Shown here: positions 29,698 to 39,958 of the stretch, piece after piece
Numbering within the stretch: the first letter of the stretch is position 1
Layout of the letters: the number at the start of each line of letters is the position of its first letter
Source: an uncultured virus (IMG/VR IMGVR_UViG_3300042549_007806)
Lineage: Duplodnaviria; Heunggongvirae; Uroviricota; Caudoviricetes
Virus record (IMG/VR): IMGVR_UViG_3300042549_007806
Direction: 5' to 3' (one strand)
DNA: 64,000 nucleotides
Translations under genes and position numbers: made by a program
The notes under the pieces: model-generated
The model's database searches: none
Told to the model about the DNA's origin: nothing
The model's input: only the letters and a program-made list of their open reading frames with translations

Positions 29698-31644
29698 ATG
29701 GGCATAGACAACAGTAAAGATAAGGAAAAGATTAATGATAAGATAAACGCTTATAAAACTGTCGCTGCCGAAAAAAAAAGAAAAAGGGATCAAAAGAGAT
29801 TAGCCAATATCAAAGAAAGGGAAGACAAGAAGACTAAAAGAACTCAGGCAGTAAACGAAGCAAAAGATAAAGTTAAAGATACTGTCGATAATTTATCTAA
29901 TGTACTTCAAGACCTATTCGAAATATTCAAAGAGGTACTACCTAGTTCTCAAAATATCAATAACAGGTTGGGGTCCTTAGGCGTTTTAGGGGAGGTTTTT
30001 TTACAGGCCGCAGAAAACACAAAATCAAGAATGGTAGAAATTCTAGTTGAAGAAATGTTATCGACTTTAGGGTGTTCTGAAAACCAAACATTTGATGCAT
30101 ATATTAATGTACCAATTTATATTGAGGTTAAATCTGTAGACTTATTTAAAATATTAAAAAAAGACCCTACAGACCCTATAGTAAAGTTTTCTTATGAAAA
30201 GGAAGCAACTCAAAATGGTACAATACCATATTCTATGAATTTGGAACTATACAAAAGGTTGCAGTCCTCGACCAGCTTTCAACAAGATTATGGTAATGGG
30301 TTTATTGGATCTTCTGGACAACAACTTTTTGATATACAATATGTGACATCTTATGTAACAAACCAGCAAACAATAACTGGAGATTTTTTCAAAATTACAC
30401 TTCTACAACAAACAAATACTAAAACAGTAAGTAATTTCTTATTTGATTATTTCACAAGTATTGAAATTTTTAATTTAGATACCTTAAGTTCAAATATATT
30501 GAACTACTTACTTGGGTGTTTCAATATCGAATCCCCTAATGAAGAAGTGACCGACTTAGAAACATTCATTTCATTCTTGTTACGGATTATGGGAATATGT
30601 ACCGACCCATCTAAAAAGATAGATGTTTCCGGTACTGCAAAAATTCCTGAATTAGATAATATAAATGAAGATTTTTTTGAAGTTAGTAATTTACAAAGAA
30701 GGAATATTGAAAATCGTGTTAATTTAATCACTTCAGGTCTTATAGAATTTGAAAGTTGTGATTCAGTTCTCTTACCTGTAAACCAACAGGCAGCCATTAA
30801 CATATTAAATGATATTGTATCGTTTAATGATGTACCGGACAAAATTAACGGGTTACTTAACGGTTTAGGTGATATTGCAAATGATAATAATTGGCAGGGG
30901 TTTAATATACCAACATTGAACATTAATGCAGAAATGCTTACAAAATTGATTTTAAATTTACCACACATACTGTTTCAAACAATTTTATCACCAAAAGTAA
31001 TGTTAGGATTTTTAATTATGGTCAAATCTATACTTTATGGTTTTGATACTGCTGTGAATAATTTAGTTGAATTTATTAAAAAATACTCGAAATTAGTAGT
31101 TAACACAATGAGAAGAATCTTTTCAATATTTGTTGAGGAGTTATTTGCAATTATTAAAAAAGAAATTAAAAAACTTGTTGAGTCACTTTTATTGGATATT
31201 ATAAATGAAGCCAAGGACAAACAAATCGCGATGTATTCAACAATCGTTTATGTAATATTACAACTCGCACAAGCGGTAATTGATTTCAGAAATTGTAAAA
31301 GTATTTTAGATGAAATACTTAAACTATTAAATTTAGGTTTGTCACAATTAAATTTGGGTCTACCCATGTTCGCATTAGCGGCATCCAAGTTACTTGGAGG
31401 TGTGTCCGACACACGAGCTTACGCAAATGCGATTGAGAATTTACAAAAGGCAGGTATACCCACAGACGATAATGGCGACGGAACACCAAATCTAATGAAT
31501 CAAATGTTAGAGGGGTTAGTAAAAGGTATGAATAAGGAACAAACTGAGAATGGAAAAACTGAAATTTATATTCCACCATTAACTGTAGTATCTCTAGGTG
31601 CAGGTACTACAAAACCAGCAAAAGGATATGGAAAGTCATACTAA
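29698..31644 (+). CDS. Hypothetical protein, probably baseplate/tail-associated
   Basis: 648 aa, basic coiled-coil N-terminus, hydrophobic helices, upstream of gp5-like gene. Confidence 0.5.
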   Translation: MGIDNSKDKEKINDKINAYKTVAAEKKRKRDQKRLANIKEREDKKTKRTQAVNEAKDKVKDTVDNLSNVLQDLFEIFKEVLPSSQNINNRLGSLGVLGEVFLQAAENTKSRMVEILVEEMLSTLGCSENQTFDAYINVPIYIEVKSVDLFKILKKDPTDPIVKFSYEKEATQNGTIPYSMNLELYKRLQSSTSFQQDYGNGFIGSSGQQLFDIQYVTSYVTNQQTITGDFFKITLLQQTNTKTVSNFLFDYFTSIEIFNLDTLSSNILNYLLGCFNIESPNEEVTDLETFISFLLRIMGICTDPSKKIDVSGTAKIPELDNINEDFFEVSNLQRRNIENRVNLITSGLIEFESCDSVLLPVNQQAAINILNDIVSFNDVPDKINGLLNGLGDIANDNNWQGFNIPTLNINAEMLTKLILNLPHILFQTILSPKVMLGFLIMVKSILYGFDTAVNNLVEFIKKYSKLVVNTMRRIFSIFVEELFAIIKKEIKKLVESLLLDIINEAKDKQIAMYSTIVYVILQLAQAVIDFRNCKSILDEILKLLNLGLSQLNLGLPMFALAASKLLGGVSDTRAYANAIENLQKAGIPTDDNGDGTPNLMNQMLEGLVKGMNKEQTENGKTEIYIPPLTVVSLGAGTTKPAKGYGKSY

Positions 31645-31849
31645 AAAAGATTCTGACAAAATATTAGAAATTCTGATGGATTATAAAAATTCATCAAATA
31701 AAGATTTAGAATTTGCCTTAGATTTTATTGCAAAAGATTTTTATAAAACAAGAGATTTAATTGTGAAACTAACAAAACATTTAGATTCTTCTGAAAACAG
31801 TTATAATAAATTAAAAGAAGAGTACAAAAAAAGAATGAATAATGTCTAA
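31628..31849 (+). CDS. Hypothetical protein
   Basis: 73 aa from ATG 31628, overlaps both neighbours. Confidence 0.5.
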   Translation: MESHTKKDSDKILEILMDYKNSSNKDLEFALDFIAKDFYKTRDLIVKLTKHLDSSENSYNKLKEEYKKRMNNV

Positions 31850-33431
31850 CGAAAATTTCAAACCAACAACAGATAGTTACCAATACGAGATGACTCGTAA
31901 TTTTTACTGGGGAGAAGTTTTACCTGGTGGAACAAACGACCCATTGATGTTAGGTAGAATACGAGTTTCTGCTCTCGATGAAACTTATGACCAAAGAATA
32001 AAGGCTGCGAAAAACTTTGATCCAGATGGTTTATCCGATATTAACGGTCCTTGGTCAAAAGAAGATCCTTTCATTTATTTACCGTTTTTACCATTTTTTA
32101 TCAATCAAATACCACAAGAAAATGAGAGAGTTATGTTATTCTTTTTTGATAGGAGAAGAAGGACGGGTAGAAATAAATTTTACATGGTTGCCACTTACTC
32201 ATCTCCACTTACTATCGGTTATGAAAATAGTAAATCATCAAGAACTCATTTAGATGATGGGTATGCTAATTCACAACAAAGTATTCCCCCTATTAAAAAT
32301 CCTGACGGTACTTACAAAAATCCCGAACAAAATAGTGGTATTTTCGCAGAACCAATAGATATTTCAATACAGGGTAGAGACACATCAGATATTATTTTAA
32401 AAAAGAATGACTTACTTTTAAGATCCGGCAAACATTTACCATTCGAAAAAGGACAGATTCCCGCATTAAATAATAAAAGGGCTTTTATTCAAATGTCTAA
32501 GTTTGATAAAAAAATAACTTTTGGTGAAGAGCAAAGATTACAAAGAATAAATCAAAGAACCGAATATATTAAATTTATTGTTGAGTATTATTGTATAACT
32601 CCAAATGTTGCACCGAATATTGATGTATTCACTGGTGGTGTTTACATATACCAAATACCTGAAGACATAAAACCTTACGAACTTAAAGTGGGTGTTTTTG
32701 ATGTAGGCACAAACTATACAGGAACCACTAATTTAATTTATAGTAGACAGATTATCGCACAATCCATGGATAATTTTGCACTTACTGTAAATCAAGTGGT
32801 AAAAGATTTCAAAGATAGTCCACAAACACTAACAAGTGTAAAAGATGGTGATCAGTTTGTTTTTTATTATAGACCTGATTTTGCAATACGAGAAACTGTA
32901 AGCAACTTCACGGGAAATATTGATGTTATGTCAATAACAAATATGTCAACACTTATGTCAAAAGTTTATGCTTCTGCATCTGATGTTATTACAGGATATG
33001 GTTTAGTTATTAATAAAGATCTTGATAAAGACTTACCAACTGAGGTGATTAACGAAAACCAAAGAGAAGTTACAGTAGAAAATATAAATTATACTACCAA
33101 TCTTATAGGTGCCGATAGTTTATATTTACTTTCACACGACACAAAAATTCCAGGAAAAGACAAGGTAAATTTAGAAAATACTCTTTACGGTATAGGTCCT
33201 GAATTAGTATCTAATAACATTGACCCCAACACATCCTCCATGGTGAGGGGTGACGAGCTCATGGATTTATTACAATTAATTGTAAAGTTTTTAGTTACCC
33301 ATGACCACCCATACCCAATGTTACCCCCAACACCTGTTAGTAAAGCTTCAGGTATACAAGTTAATCAAGTCTTAACTAAATTAGAAGAAGCATACGAGAA
33401 AGTTTTAAATAAAAAAATTCGAATTAATTAA
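31842..33431 (+). CDS. Baseplate hub/central spike, gp5/VgrG-like
   Basis: OB-fold pattern WGEV..NDPLMLGRIRV...IPQENERVMLFF; C-terminal HDHP apex motif. Confidence 0.7.
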   Translation: MSNENFKPTTDSYQYEMTRNFYWGEVLPGGTNDPLMLGRIRVSALDETYDQRIKAAKNFDPDGLSDINGPWSKEDPFIYLPFLPFFINQIPQENERVMLFFFDRRRRTGRNKFYMVATYSSPLTIGYENSKSSRTHLDDGYANSQQSIPPIKNPDGTYKNPEQNSGIFAEPIDISIQGRDTSDIILKKNDLLLRSGKHLPFEKGQIPALNNKRAFIQMSKFDKKITFGEEQRLQRINQRTEYIKFIVEYYCITPNVAPNIDVFTGGVYIYQIPEDIKPYELKVGVFDVGTNYTGTTNLIYSRQIIAQSMDNFALTVNQVVKDFKDSPQTLTSVKDGDQFVFYYRPDFAIRETVSNFTGNIDVMSITNMSTLMSKVYASASDVITGYGLVINKDLDKDLPTEVINENQREVTVENINYTTNLIGADSLYLLSHDTKIPGKDKVNLENTLYGIGPELVSNNIDPNTSSMVRGDELMDLLQLIVKFLVTHDHPYPMLPPTPVSKASGIQVNQVLTKLEEAYEKVLNKKIRIN

Positions 33432-33452
33432 GTATTTATAGATAAAAGTAAA

Positions 33453-34931
33453 ATGTCTATATATAAGTCTTATTTTAGTAAATCTAATACTCTAATATAT
33501 AATTCATACACCAATACGGCAAGAAATCCGATTGTTGAATTATTCTATGGTAGAGTGGATAATCTTAGTGTGCCGGTTGGTTATAGTAGATACATTTTTG
33601 ATATCGATCTTACTAATTTGACTAATCATATTCAATCATCGGTAATTTCTACGGGTTGTACTTCCGCAATGACACATACATTAAAAATGACAAATACTTC
33701 ATTTTTTGATAATGAGTTATTAAATAGTAAAACATCACAAGGAAGAAGAAGGGCCACATCATTTGATTTAGTTTTATTTAGAATACCTAAATATTCAGGA
33801 ACTACCGGTGTTCCACAACAATGGGACAGTGGTGTTGGTTATGATTACTATGATTTTGGGGTGACGGATTTAAATGATAGACCTTTTTCTGATAGACCGT
33901 CCAATTGGTTTCAGACAACCACACTTTCAGGATGGTCATACAATGGAATCTATAATAATACTAATTCATTAACAGGTACAACAGGTTTAAATTTCTCAGG
34001 TCTCACTATAGTAGACAGACAACATTTTGAATTTGGAAATGAAAACATTGAGTTTGATATGACTCAAGAAATCAATGGTATTATTCATGGTACAATTACA
34101 GGCACTACAGGTTGGGGTATTGCATTTTATCCGCAATTAGAAAATATCACAGGATTAACTGAAAACTATTCTGTTGGGTTTTTCTCCCCTCATACACAAA
34201 CATTTTATGAACCATATTTAGAGACTTCTTATGATGATTTAATTATCGACCAACGAAACCAATTCTATTCAGGTAATAATAATGATCTATTTTTATATGT
34301 TTATGAAAATGGTAACTACATTAACTTAGACCAAGACCCACTTGTAAACATCATAGATGGTGCTGGTGAACCTGTAAGTGGTTTCACAGGACTTTCTACC
34401 TGTTTAGTAACGAAAGGTGTTTACAAGGTAACTATTTCAGGGTTAACGGCGAATACAGTTCCGTGTGTGTTCTACGATGTGTGGAGTGGATTAAGTGTGA
34501 ACAATGTTGAAATCCCTGATGTCGAAAATGAATTTATTCTTTTGAAGAAATATGGTAATATCAAAATAGGAACTACCACTGAAACCCCTAAGTTATATGG
34601 GTTCTCTTTTGATGGGATTAAACAAAACGAAAAGGTTTTAAACACGGATGTTAGAAAAGTAAATATAACCATCAAGAAGGCTTACACATCGAACCAACCA
34701 TTAGATAACATAGAAGCATATTACAGAATATATGTAAGAGAGGGAGCAAACACTGAGGTTCAGGTTCAAGATTGGACAAGAATAAACCAAACAACAGATG
34801 GTTACTATTTCATGTTTGATACAACCGATAAGATACCTAATGAATATTTTGTGGATATAAAAGTAAATTCTGATAGAAATATCGATACATATAAAAGGGA
34901 ACTTCAGTTCCAAATTGTAAATAAAAAATAA
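33453..34931 (+). CDS. Virion structural protein, function unknown
   Basis: 492 aa beta-rich, Ser/Thr/Gly-rich; GTATTTATA at 33432-33440. Confidence 0.55.
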   Translation: MSIYKSYFSKSNTLIYNSYTNTARNPIVELFYGRVDNLSVPVGYSRYIFDIDLTNLTNHIQSSVISTGCTSAMTHTLKMTNTSFFDNELLNSKTSQGRRRATSFDLVLFRIPKYSGTTGVPQQWDSGVGYDYYDFGVTDLNDRPFSDRPSNWFQTTTLSGWSYNGIYNNTNSLTGTTGLNFSGLTIVDRQHFEFGNENIEFDMTQEINGIIHGTITGTTGWGIAFYPQLENITGLTENYSVGFFSPHTQTFYEPYLETSYDDLIIDQRNQFYSGNNNDLFLYVYENGNYINLDQDPLVNIIDGAGEPVSGFTGLSTCLVTKGVYKVTISGLTANTVPCVFYDVWSGLSVNNVEIPDVENEFILLKKYGNIKIGTTTETPKLYGFSFDGIKQNEKVLNTDVRKVNITIKKAYTSNQPLDNIEAYYRIYVREGANTEVQVQDWTRINQTTDGYYFMFDTTDKIPNEYFVDIKVNSDRNIDTYKRELQFQIVNKK

Positions 34932-34933
34932 TT

Positions 34934-35401
34934 ATGGGCAACATAGAAAGAATAATAAGAAAAGTATTAAATGAAGATCATAGAATGAACAATTCAAGAT
35001 ACATGTTTTTTTCTAATTTACAACAGATGAGAAGACAATGTGATCTATTGTTAGATTTAGACCCAAACATGGTGGAGAGTATTTTAGAAAATGGTCACGA
35101 TTGGGCCCAAGATCATATCGCAGAGGCTAAAAACAACATGGATCAAGTTTTTGATTTTTTGATGAATGAATCAAAAAAAGATGGTATGGAACTTTCTATG
35201 AATATCGATGACGAGGATATGATGATGATTGAGGGTAGAAAAAAAACAGGGACTAAACTTTGTGCAAGAGGTAAGTCGGCAGCTAAAGCAAAATATGATG
35301 TGTATCCTTCAGCTTATGCCAATGGGTACGCAATACAAGTATGTAAAGGAAAAATAAAAGGACTTGATGGTCAAAAAAGATGTTCAGGAACTTATTGTTA
35401 A
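34934..35401 (+). CDS. Hypothetical protein with YPSAYANG motif
   Basis: N-terminal IERIIRKVLNE leader-like segment; C-terminal CARGK..AKAKYDVYPSAYANGYAIQVCKG. Confidence 0.55.
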   Translation: MGNIERIIRKVLNEDHRMNNSRYMFFSNLQQMRRQCDLLLDLDPNMVESILENGHDWAQDHIAEAKNNMDQVFDFLMNESKKDGMELSMNIDDEDMMMIEGRKKTGTKLCARGKSAAKAKYDVYPSAYANGYAIQVCKGKIKGLDGQKRCSGTYC

Positions 35402-36123
35402 AGTGAACTTAAAATATTTTTAATAATTTTTTCTAAGGACTCATTTTGGGTCCTTTTGTTTTTTGGTTTGTATGATGTCATAATTGGTTTTTGACCTTTA
35501 CCTGTTTGGGTGTCTTTTTTCTCGGCCTTTCTTTTTTGTTGGCAAGCGGCCTTTTTAGCCGAATCACTCATTTTACCAGCAACACCAGCTGCCCTACACT
35601 TAGGATAAGCACCTTTAGATGTGTCAGGTCTTCCACATGGTGGGTGTTTACCATCTACTTTTCTACATATGTTAACCCATGGTCCTTTTGGTTGTTTTGA
35701 TCCTTTAGGTTTTTTCTTTGTTCCAAACCAAACCGCCAAATCTTCATTTAAATTAATTTTATCTAATTCCACCCATTCTTTAATCGGTACTATATTTGTA
35801 TTTTTTCCAGGAAACCGATTTATTGGGTTACCTTCGGTATCACTAAAAGTTGATTGGGGGTTATTTTTAATATAGTTATAGATTTTTTTTGCAATTTTTT
35901 CTTTCTTACCTATTTGTTTTTTACTTCTTTCCATTTTTCCATCATATGAATCATATTCTAAATCAGGACTTTTATAGTCCGAAACATTTTCGGTAAACGG
36001 ACCTAAATCTTTCTTTTTAAAATATCTAATTCCTGATTGTAAACGACCGACATAACTTCCTCTTGACCCTGTATTTGTTGAGGTAACTTCGTTTAATAAA
36101 AAAAACTTTTCTTGTTGGTTCAT
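35398..36123 (-). CDS. Hypothetical basic protein with WF...CGR...YPKCR motif
   Basis: EDLAVWF...WVNIC...PPCGR...YPKCR; TATTTAT 4 nt before ATG. Confidence 0.55.
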   Translation of the reverse strand: MNQQEKFFLLNEVTSTNTGSRGSYVGRLQSGIRYFKKKDLGPFTENVSDYKSPDLEYDSYDGKMERSKKQIGKKEKIAKKIYNYIKNNPQSTFSDTEGNPINRFPGKNTNIVPIKEWVELDKINLNEDLAVWFGTKKKPKGSKQPKGPWVNICRKVDGKHPPCGRPDTSKGAYPKCRAAGVAGKMSDSAKKAACQQKRKAEKKDTQTGKGQKPIMTSYKPKNKRTQNESLEKIIKNILSSL

Positions 36124-36144
36124 AACAATAAATATCTTTAAAAT

Positions 36145-36173
36145 AAAAAAGGTCAGATTTCTCTGACCTTTTT
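36145..36173 (-). terminator. Intrinsic terminator after the major capsid gene
   Basis: AAAAAGGTCAGA-tttc-TCTGACCTTTTT. Confidence 0.8.
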
Positions 36174-36193
36174 CTTATTCATTATTTAATTGA

Positions 36194-38020
36194 TTATCTC
36201 AATTCTCTTAAGTCAAATGTTCTAACTCCATCAACTGTGATTCTACCATAGAAACGGTTGTTAACCATTTTCTTAGCGTATCTTGTCATGATACCTTTGA
36301 TTGGTGTAAAGTTGAATGGGTTATACATTGTAGGTGTTAATTGTAGAGGTACATACGGTGCGTAAACATAACCAGTGTCTAACAATGATGTTCCTTTGTG
36401 ACCCAACAATACTGTGTTTGGTGGGAAGTAAGGATCACGGTAAACTTGGTAACGACCAGCTAATGTACCAACTCTTTCAATACCCATGTTGTATTGATCT
36501 TGCTCCGGTGAAGCGTTAGATACATGGAAGTATTCTAAGTCATCAAAAATAGCTGAAATTTCAGAAGAAACTACGATCCAGTTAGCTCCACCTCTCAAAG
36601 TAGATTTGTGGATTTGTGCCGAAATTTGGTTAATCGCAGTGATTAATGTTTGGTTCCAGTCTTTTTGAGTGTACTGAGTTAATGGATTTGCAGTAGTACC
36701 TCTTTTCCATCCGTTGTAATCCCAACGAAGTGTCCAAGCTGCGCCTTTTCTCAAATCACGAAGAATTTCACGATCAATTTCTGCCGCCACTTGCTCAGAT
36801 AATAAAGCTGTTAATTCAGCTTCAGCATCGATATTGTGGAATGCAGATACATCTTGAGCTAATTCAGGAGACCATTGTGCTCTTAGTTTTCTTTCTGTAA
36901 CAGATACAGTAACTGACTCAAGGTCAAAAGATACTTCACCGATCTCATCTTCGAATTCCAATTCTTTGTATCTTCTGAATGTACATGTAAACGCAGCTCC
37001 TGCAGTGGCAAGACCAGTAATTGGTAAAGTGAACCCTGAATATCCGTCAATTGAACCTGTACCGATAGTTGCAGGAACTTGTAGATCCAACTCTAAATAG
37101 ATGATACCATCTTGTGAACAAAGGTTATCATAAGAACCTCCGTTACCTGTAGATGACCAAGTTGTATTTGCTTGTGTACCATATTGTACAATACCTTTAC
37201 CATATTTTTGAGTAACAACTCTGAAAAGAATATCACTAGTACCTAAACCTGAGAAACCATTAACACCCGCTTGTACAGCATTTACTTGTAAGTCAGATAA
37301 GAATGCTTCATTATCCATTTCCTGACCATCAGGTCCAATTAATTTACCAGCACCCGCATTAGAGAAACCTGATAAACCGATTAATACTTTTCTGTACTCA
37401 CCTGCTGAATAACCAGAAGACACTAAATTGTAACCATTCCAAACTACAGTGCCAACAGCACTTGAAGTAATTGCCGTATAAGCTCCTTTTGAATAGTCAA
37501 ATAAACCTGCAGGATCTAATCCTGGCTCATTTCCTTCATAGAATAAGTCATACAAGTTAGTACCACCGTATGTACTAGTTGATCCGTAACCTTGTCCTTG
37601 AGTTGCAGTAGCATCACCTACTAAAGTAGCGGGTGAACCAAGTGGTGGAAAGTGTTGTATTTGGTTATTAGCTGCCGCTTGGTAACCTTGGATTTTAGGT
37701 ACAAAGTAGAACAATTTACCGATAGGTAAGTTCATTGCTTGTACAGATACTAAATCATTAGCTAACAATTTAGAGAATACGCGTCTTACGATAGGGAAAA
37801 CTACAGTTTCGAATGAACCTGAGCTATCAGTTGAAGCCGCTTCGTTAATAAGGTGAGATGCTTGGTTCTCATATAATTGAGCCATGTTCTCTTTAATGTG
37901 TCCTTTAAGACCATCTAGGAATCCTAATTTATCCCATTTGTTAATTGTATCTTCTTTGATAACTTTAAGGTGTTTCAACCCGATGTTACCAACAAGACCT
38001 GATTCTAATAATGCTCCCAT
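36194..38020 (-). CDS. Major capsid protein, T4 gp23-like
   Basis: PIVRRVF..LLANDLVSVQAM, RKLRAQWSPELAQD, EIDREI, YAPYVPL, FTPIKGIMTRYA. Confidence 0.93.
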   Translation of the reverse strand: MGALLESGLVGNIGLKHLKVIKEDTINKWDKLGFLDGLKGHIKENMAQLYENQASHLINEAASTDSSGSFETVVFPIVRRVFSKLLANDLVSVQAMNLPIGKLFYFVPKIQGYQAAANNQIQHFPPLGSPATLVGDATATQGQGYGSTSTYGGTNLYDLFYEGNEPGLDPAGLFDYSKGAYTAITSSAVGTVVWNGYNLVSSGYSAGEYRKVLIGLSGFSNAGAGKLIGPDGQEMDNEAFLSDLQVNAVQAGVNGFSGLGTSDILFRVVTQKYGKGIVQYGTQANTTWSSTGNGGSYDNLCSQDGIIYLELDLQVPATIGTGSIDGYSGFTLPITGLATAGAAFTCTFRRYKELEFEDEIGEVSFDLESVTVSVTERKLRAQWSPELAQDVSAFHNIDAEAELTALLSEQVAAEIDREILRDLRKGAAWTLRWDYNGWKRGTTANPLTQYTQKDWNQTLITAINQISAQIHKSTLRGGANWIVVSSEISAIFDDLEYFHVSNASPEQDQYNMGIERVGTLAGRYQVYRDPYFPPNTVLLGHKGTSLLDTGYVYAPYVPLQLTPTMYNPFNFTPIKGIMTRYAKKMVNNRFYGRITVDGVRTFDLRELR

Positions 38021-38051
38021 TTTATTTTTTTTTAATTTAGAGTTTATTTAT

Positions 38052-39581
38052 TTATTTAATTTTTGACATCAAATCTCTCATTCTCATGAATTGAGGATTC
38101 TCATAAGTTTTACTTTCAATTAAGTTTGTTGATGATCCGTTAGCTGGTGTTCTATTAACTTTTGTCTGAACTGACTCAGTTACCATCTCACCACCTTTAC
38201 CATCTAATTCATTTTTAATTGACTTGTAAAGTGTTTTAGATTCCTTGATAGATTCTACATTATCAAATCTTCTTAGAATATTTATTTTTTCTTGTTTTGT
38301 AGTGGAATGTTCAGTGAACAATCTTGTAGCATATGCCAAGTTTGAATTGAATACTGCAACTTCATTTAACTTAGATCTAAAGAAATTCAAAGCTTTTTTG
38401 TATTCTTCGTTTTTCTCTTTAATTAAATCAAGTTCTCTTTCTACAGATTCTTTTCTTAACTGACTTGGTGCTGCCACTCTGTCTCTTTCAGCTCTTCTTC
38501 TATATGTCATAGTTCTTGACGCTTCAGTTGTTTCAGGTTCCATCATACCTCCAGTAGCTTCAATATCTACCAAATCAACATCTTCTTCCATATCCCAACC
38601 TTCGAATGCCTCTTCAGTTTCGGTTTCAGTAACTCCATGTTTAATTTTAGGATATTTAAATTTACTTGCTTTACCCATTCCAACACCTTTTGTGCCTTGT
38701 GGTTGGTCTTCTTTGAACCCTTTGTTATTAACTGAAGTTTTAGCCATTCCTGTTCCTACTTTACCCATTCCCATTCCTACTGCTTTAAATGCTTCTACTA
38801 CTGAGTGAAGATCTTCTTCATCGATTTCATAAATGGATTCTTCTTCAACATTTGAAAAATCATCTTGTCCGAATTGTACATTATCCAAGTCAACCATATA
38901 GTCTCCTTCTTCCATGTACATTTCTTCCATGTGATAATCACCTTCTTCAAATTCTTGTTCTTCCATGTGATAATCACCTTCTTCAAATTCTTGTTCTTCC
39001 ATGTGATAATCACCTTCTTCCATTTCAATTTCGTAGATAACACTTTCTTCTAAATCCAACATTGGTTCTTCTGTATTATCGTCCATGTCTCCAGTTTGAA
39101 TCAAATACTCATCTTCATCATCGATCAAGTGAATATAATCATCATCCTTCTTAACTATAATTCCATCTTCATCACCCATAGCTTTGAAAACTTTCAAAAC
39201 TTCGTCAGGTGATGCCGAAGTCATGTCAAGTGGAGGCATTTCCATTTCATTATCACCTTCTTCTTCACCATCTTCGGAATCCATACCAAAGACATATTCT
39301 GATTCAGGTTCTCCCCCCTCGTCTTCAACATCAATTACAGCCTCTTCTTCTTCGTCATCTGCAGTCGCAACTACAGGTTCTTCCATTTCAGGCTCTTCTT
39401 GTTCGTTTAGGGGTTTTTTTGTTTGTTTTGAATCTACTAAAGACTCTCTAACTAATTCGCTGATTTCTTGTTTCATTGTAGAAGCAAGTATTCCTTTTGC
39501 ATTTTCACTGATAGCATTTTCAACAGCCTTAATTTGTAATAAGGTTTGTTCAACTATCGATCCTGTTTTTTCTGTACTCAT
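38052..39581 (-). CDS. Prohead scaffold/core protein (gp22-like position)
   Basis: Highly acidic, coiled-coil, many I/L-x-E sites, directly upstream of MCP; ATG at 39581. Confidence 0.7.
   Translation of the reverse strand: MSTEKTGSIVEQTLLQIKAVENAISENAKGILASTMKQEISELVRESLVDSKQTKKPLNEQEEPEMEEPVVATADDEEEEAVIDVEDEGGEPESEYVFGMDSEDGEEEGDNEMEMPPLDMTSASPDEVLKVFKAMGDEDGIIVKKDDDYIHLIDDEDEYLIQTGDMDDNTEEPMLDLEESVIYEIEMEEGDYHMEEQEFEEGDYHMEEQEFEEGDYHMEEMYMEEGDYMVDLDNVQFGQDDFSNVEEESIYEIDEEDLHSVVEAFKAVGMGMGKVGTGMAKTSVNNKGFKEDQPQGTKGVGMGKASKFKYPKIKHGVTETETEEAFEGWDMEEDVDLVDIEATGGMMEPETTEASRTMTYRRRAERDRVAAPSQLRKESVERELDLIKEKNEEYKKALNFFRSKLNEVAVFNSNLAYATRLFTEHSTTKQEKINILRRFDNVESIKESKTLYKSIKNELDGKGGEMVTESVQTKVNRTPANGSSTNLIESKTYENPQFMRMRDLMSKIK
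38922..39020 (-). repeat. 36-bp in-frame tandem repeat, 2.75 copies
   Basis: ttcttccatgtgataatcaccttcttcaaattcttg, encoding EEGDYHMEEQEF. Confidence 0.9.
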
Positions 39582-39685
39582 TATTTTAAGCAATGCGTTA
39601 CGCGTTTATTTTACAGATAAATATATCCTTATTATAAAAAAATCATTATATTAAGGTTTTCAGATAAAAAAAAATAGATATAAAT

Positions 39686-39712
39686 AAAAAGGGACACCTG
39701 TTGGCGTCCCTT
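39686..39712 (-). terminator. Intrinsic terminator
   Basis: Minus strand GGGACGCC-aaca-GGTGTCCC then TTTTT. Confidence 0.75.
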
Positions 39713-39737
39713 AAATTTTTGTAGTAATAATTAATAA

Positions 39738-39947
39738 TTATTCAATAACTTCATCAATTTTTGATTCAACTATTGCCGTAATTCTCCAATCCATTGTATA
39801 TGATTCATATACTTTAGTAACTTTTGCCTCAACATCAGTTGGTGAATATCCTTTTACTAATTTTTCTTCTCTAATTTTTTTAATCTTTCCTGTGTTCTCA
39901 TCAGGCATGTCTGTTGTAATTTTTGCAATAAAATATTTTTCTTCCAT
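39738..39947 (-). CDS. DUF4494-like small protein
   Basis: YFIAKI...GKIKKIREEKLVKGYSPTDVEAKV...ITAIVESKIDEV resembles Bacteroidota DUF4494 (from memory). Confidence 0.55.
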   Translation of the reverse strand: MEEKYFIAKITTDMPDENTGKIKKIREEKLVKGYSPTDVEAKVTKVYESYTMDWRITAIVESKIDEVIE

Positions 39948-39958
39948 AATGTGTTTTT

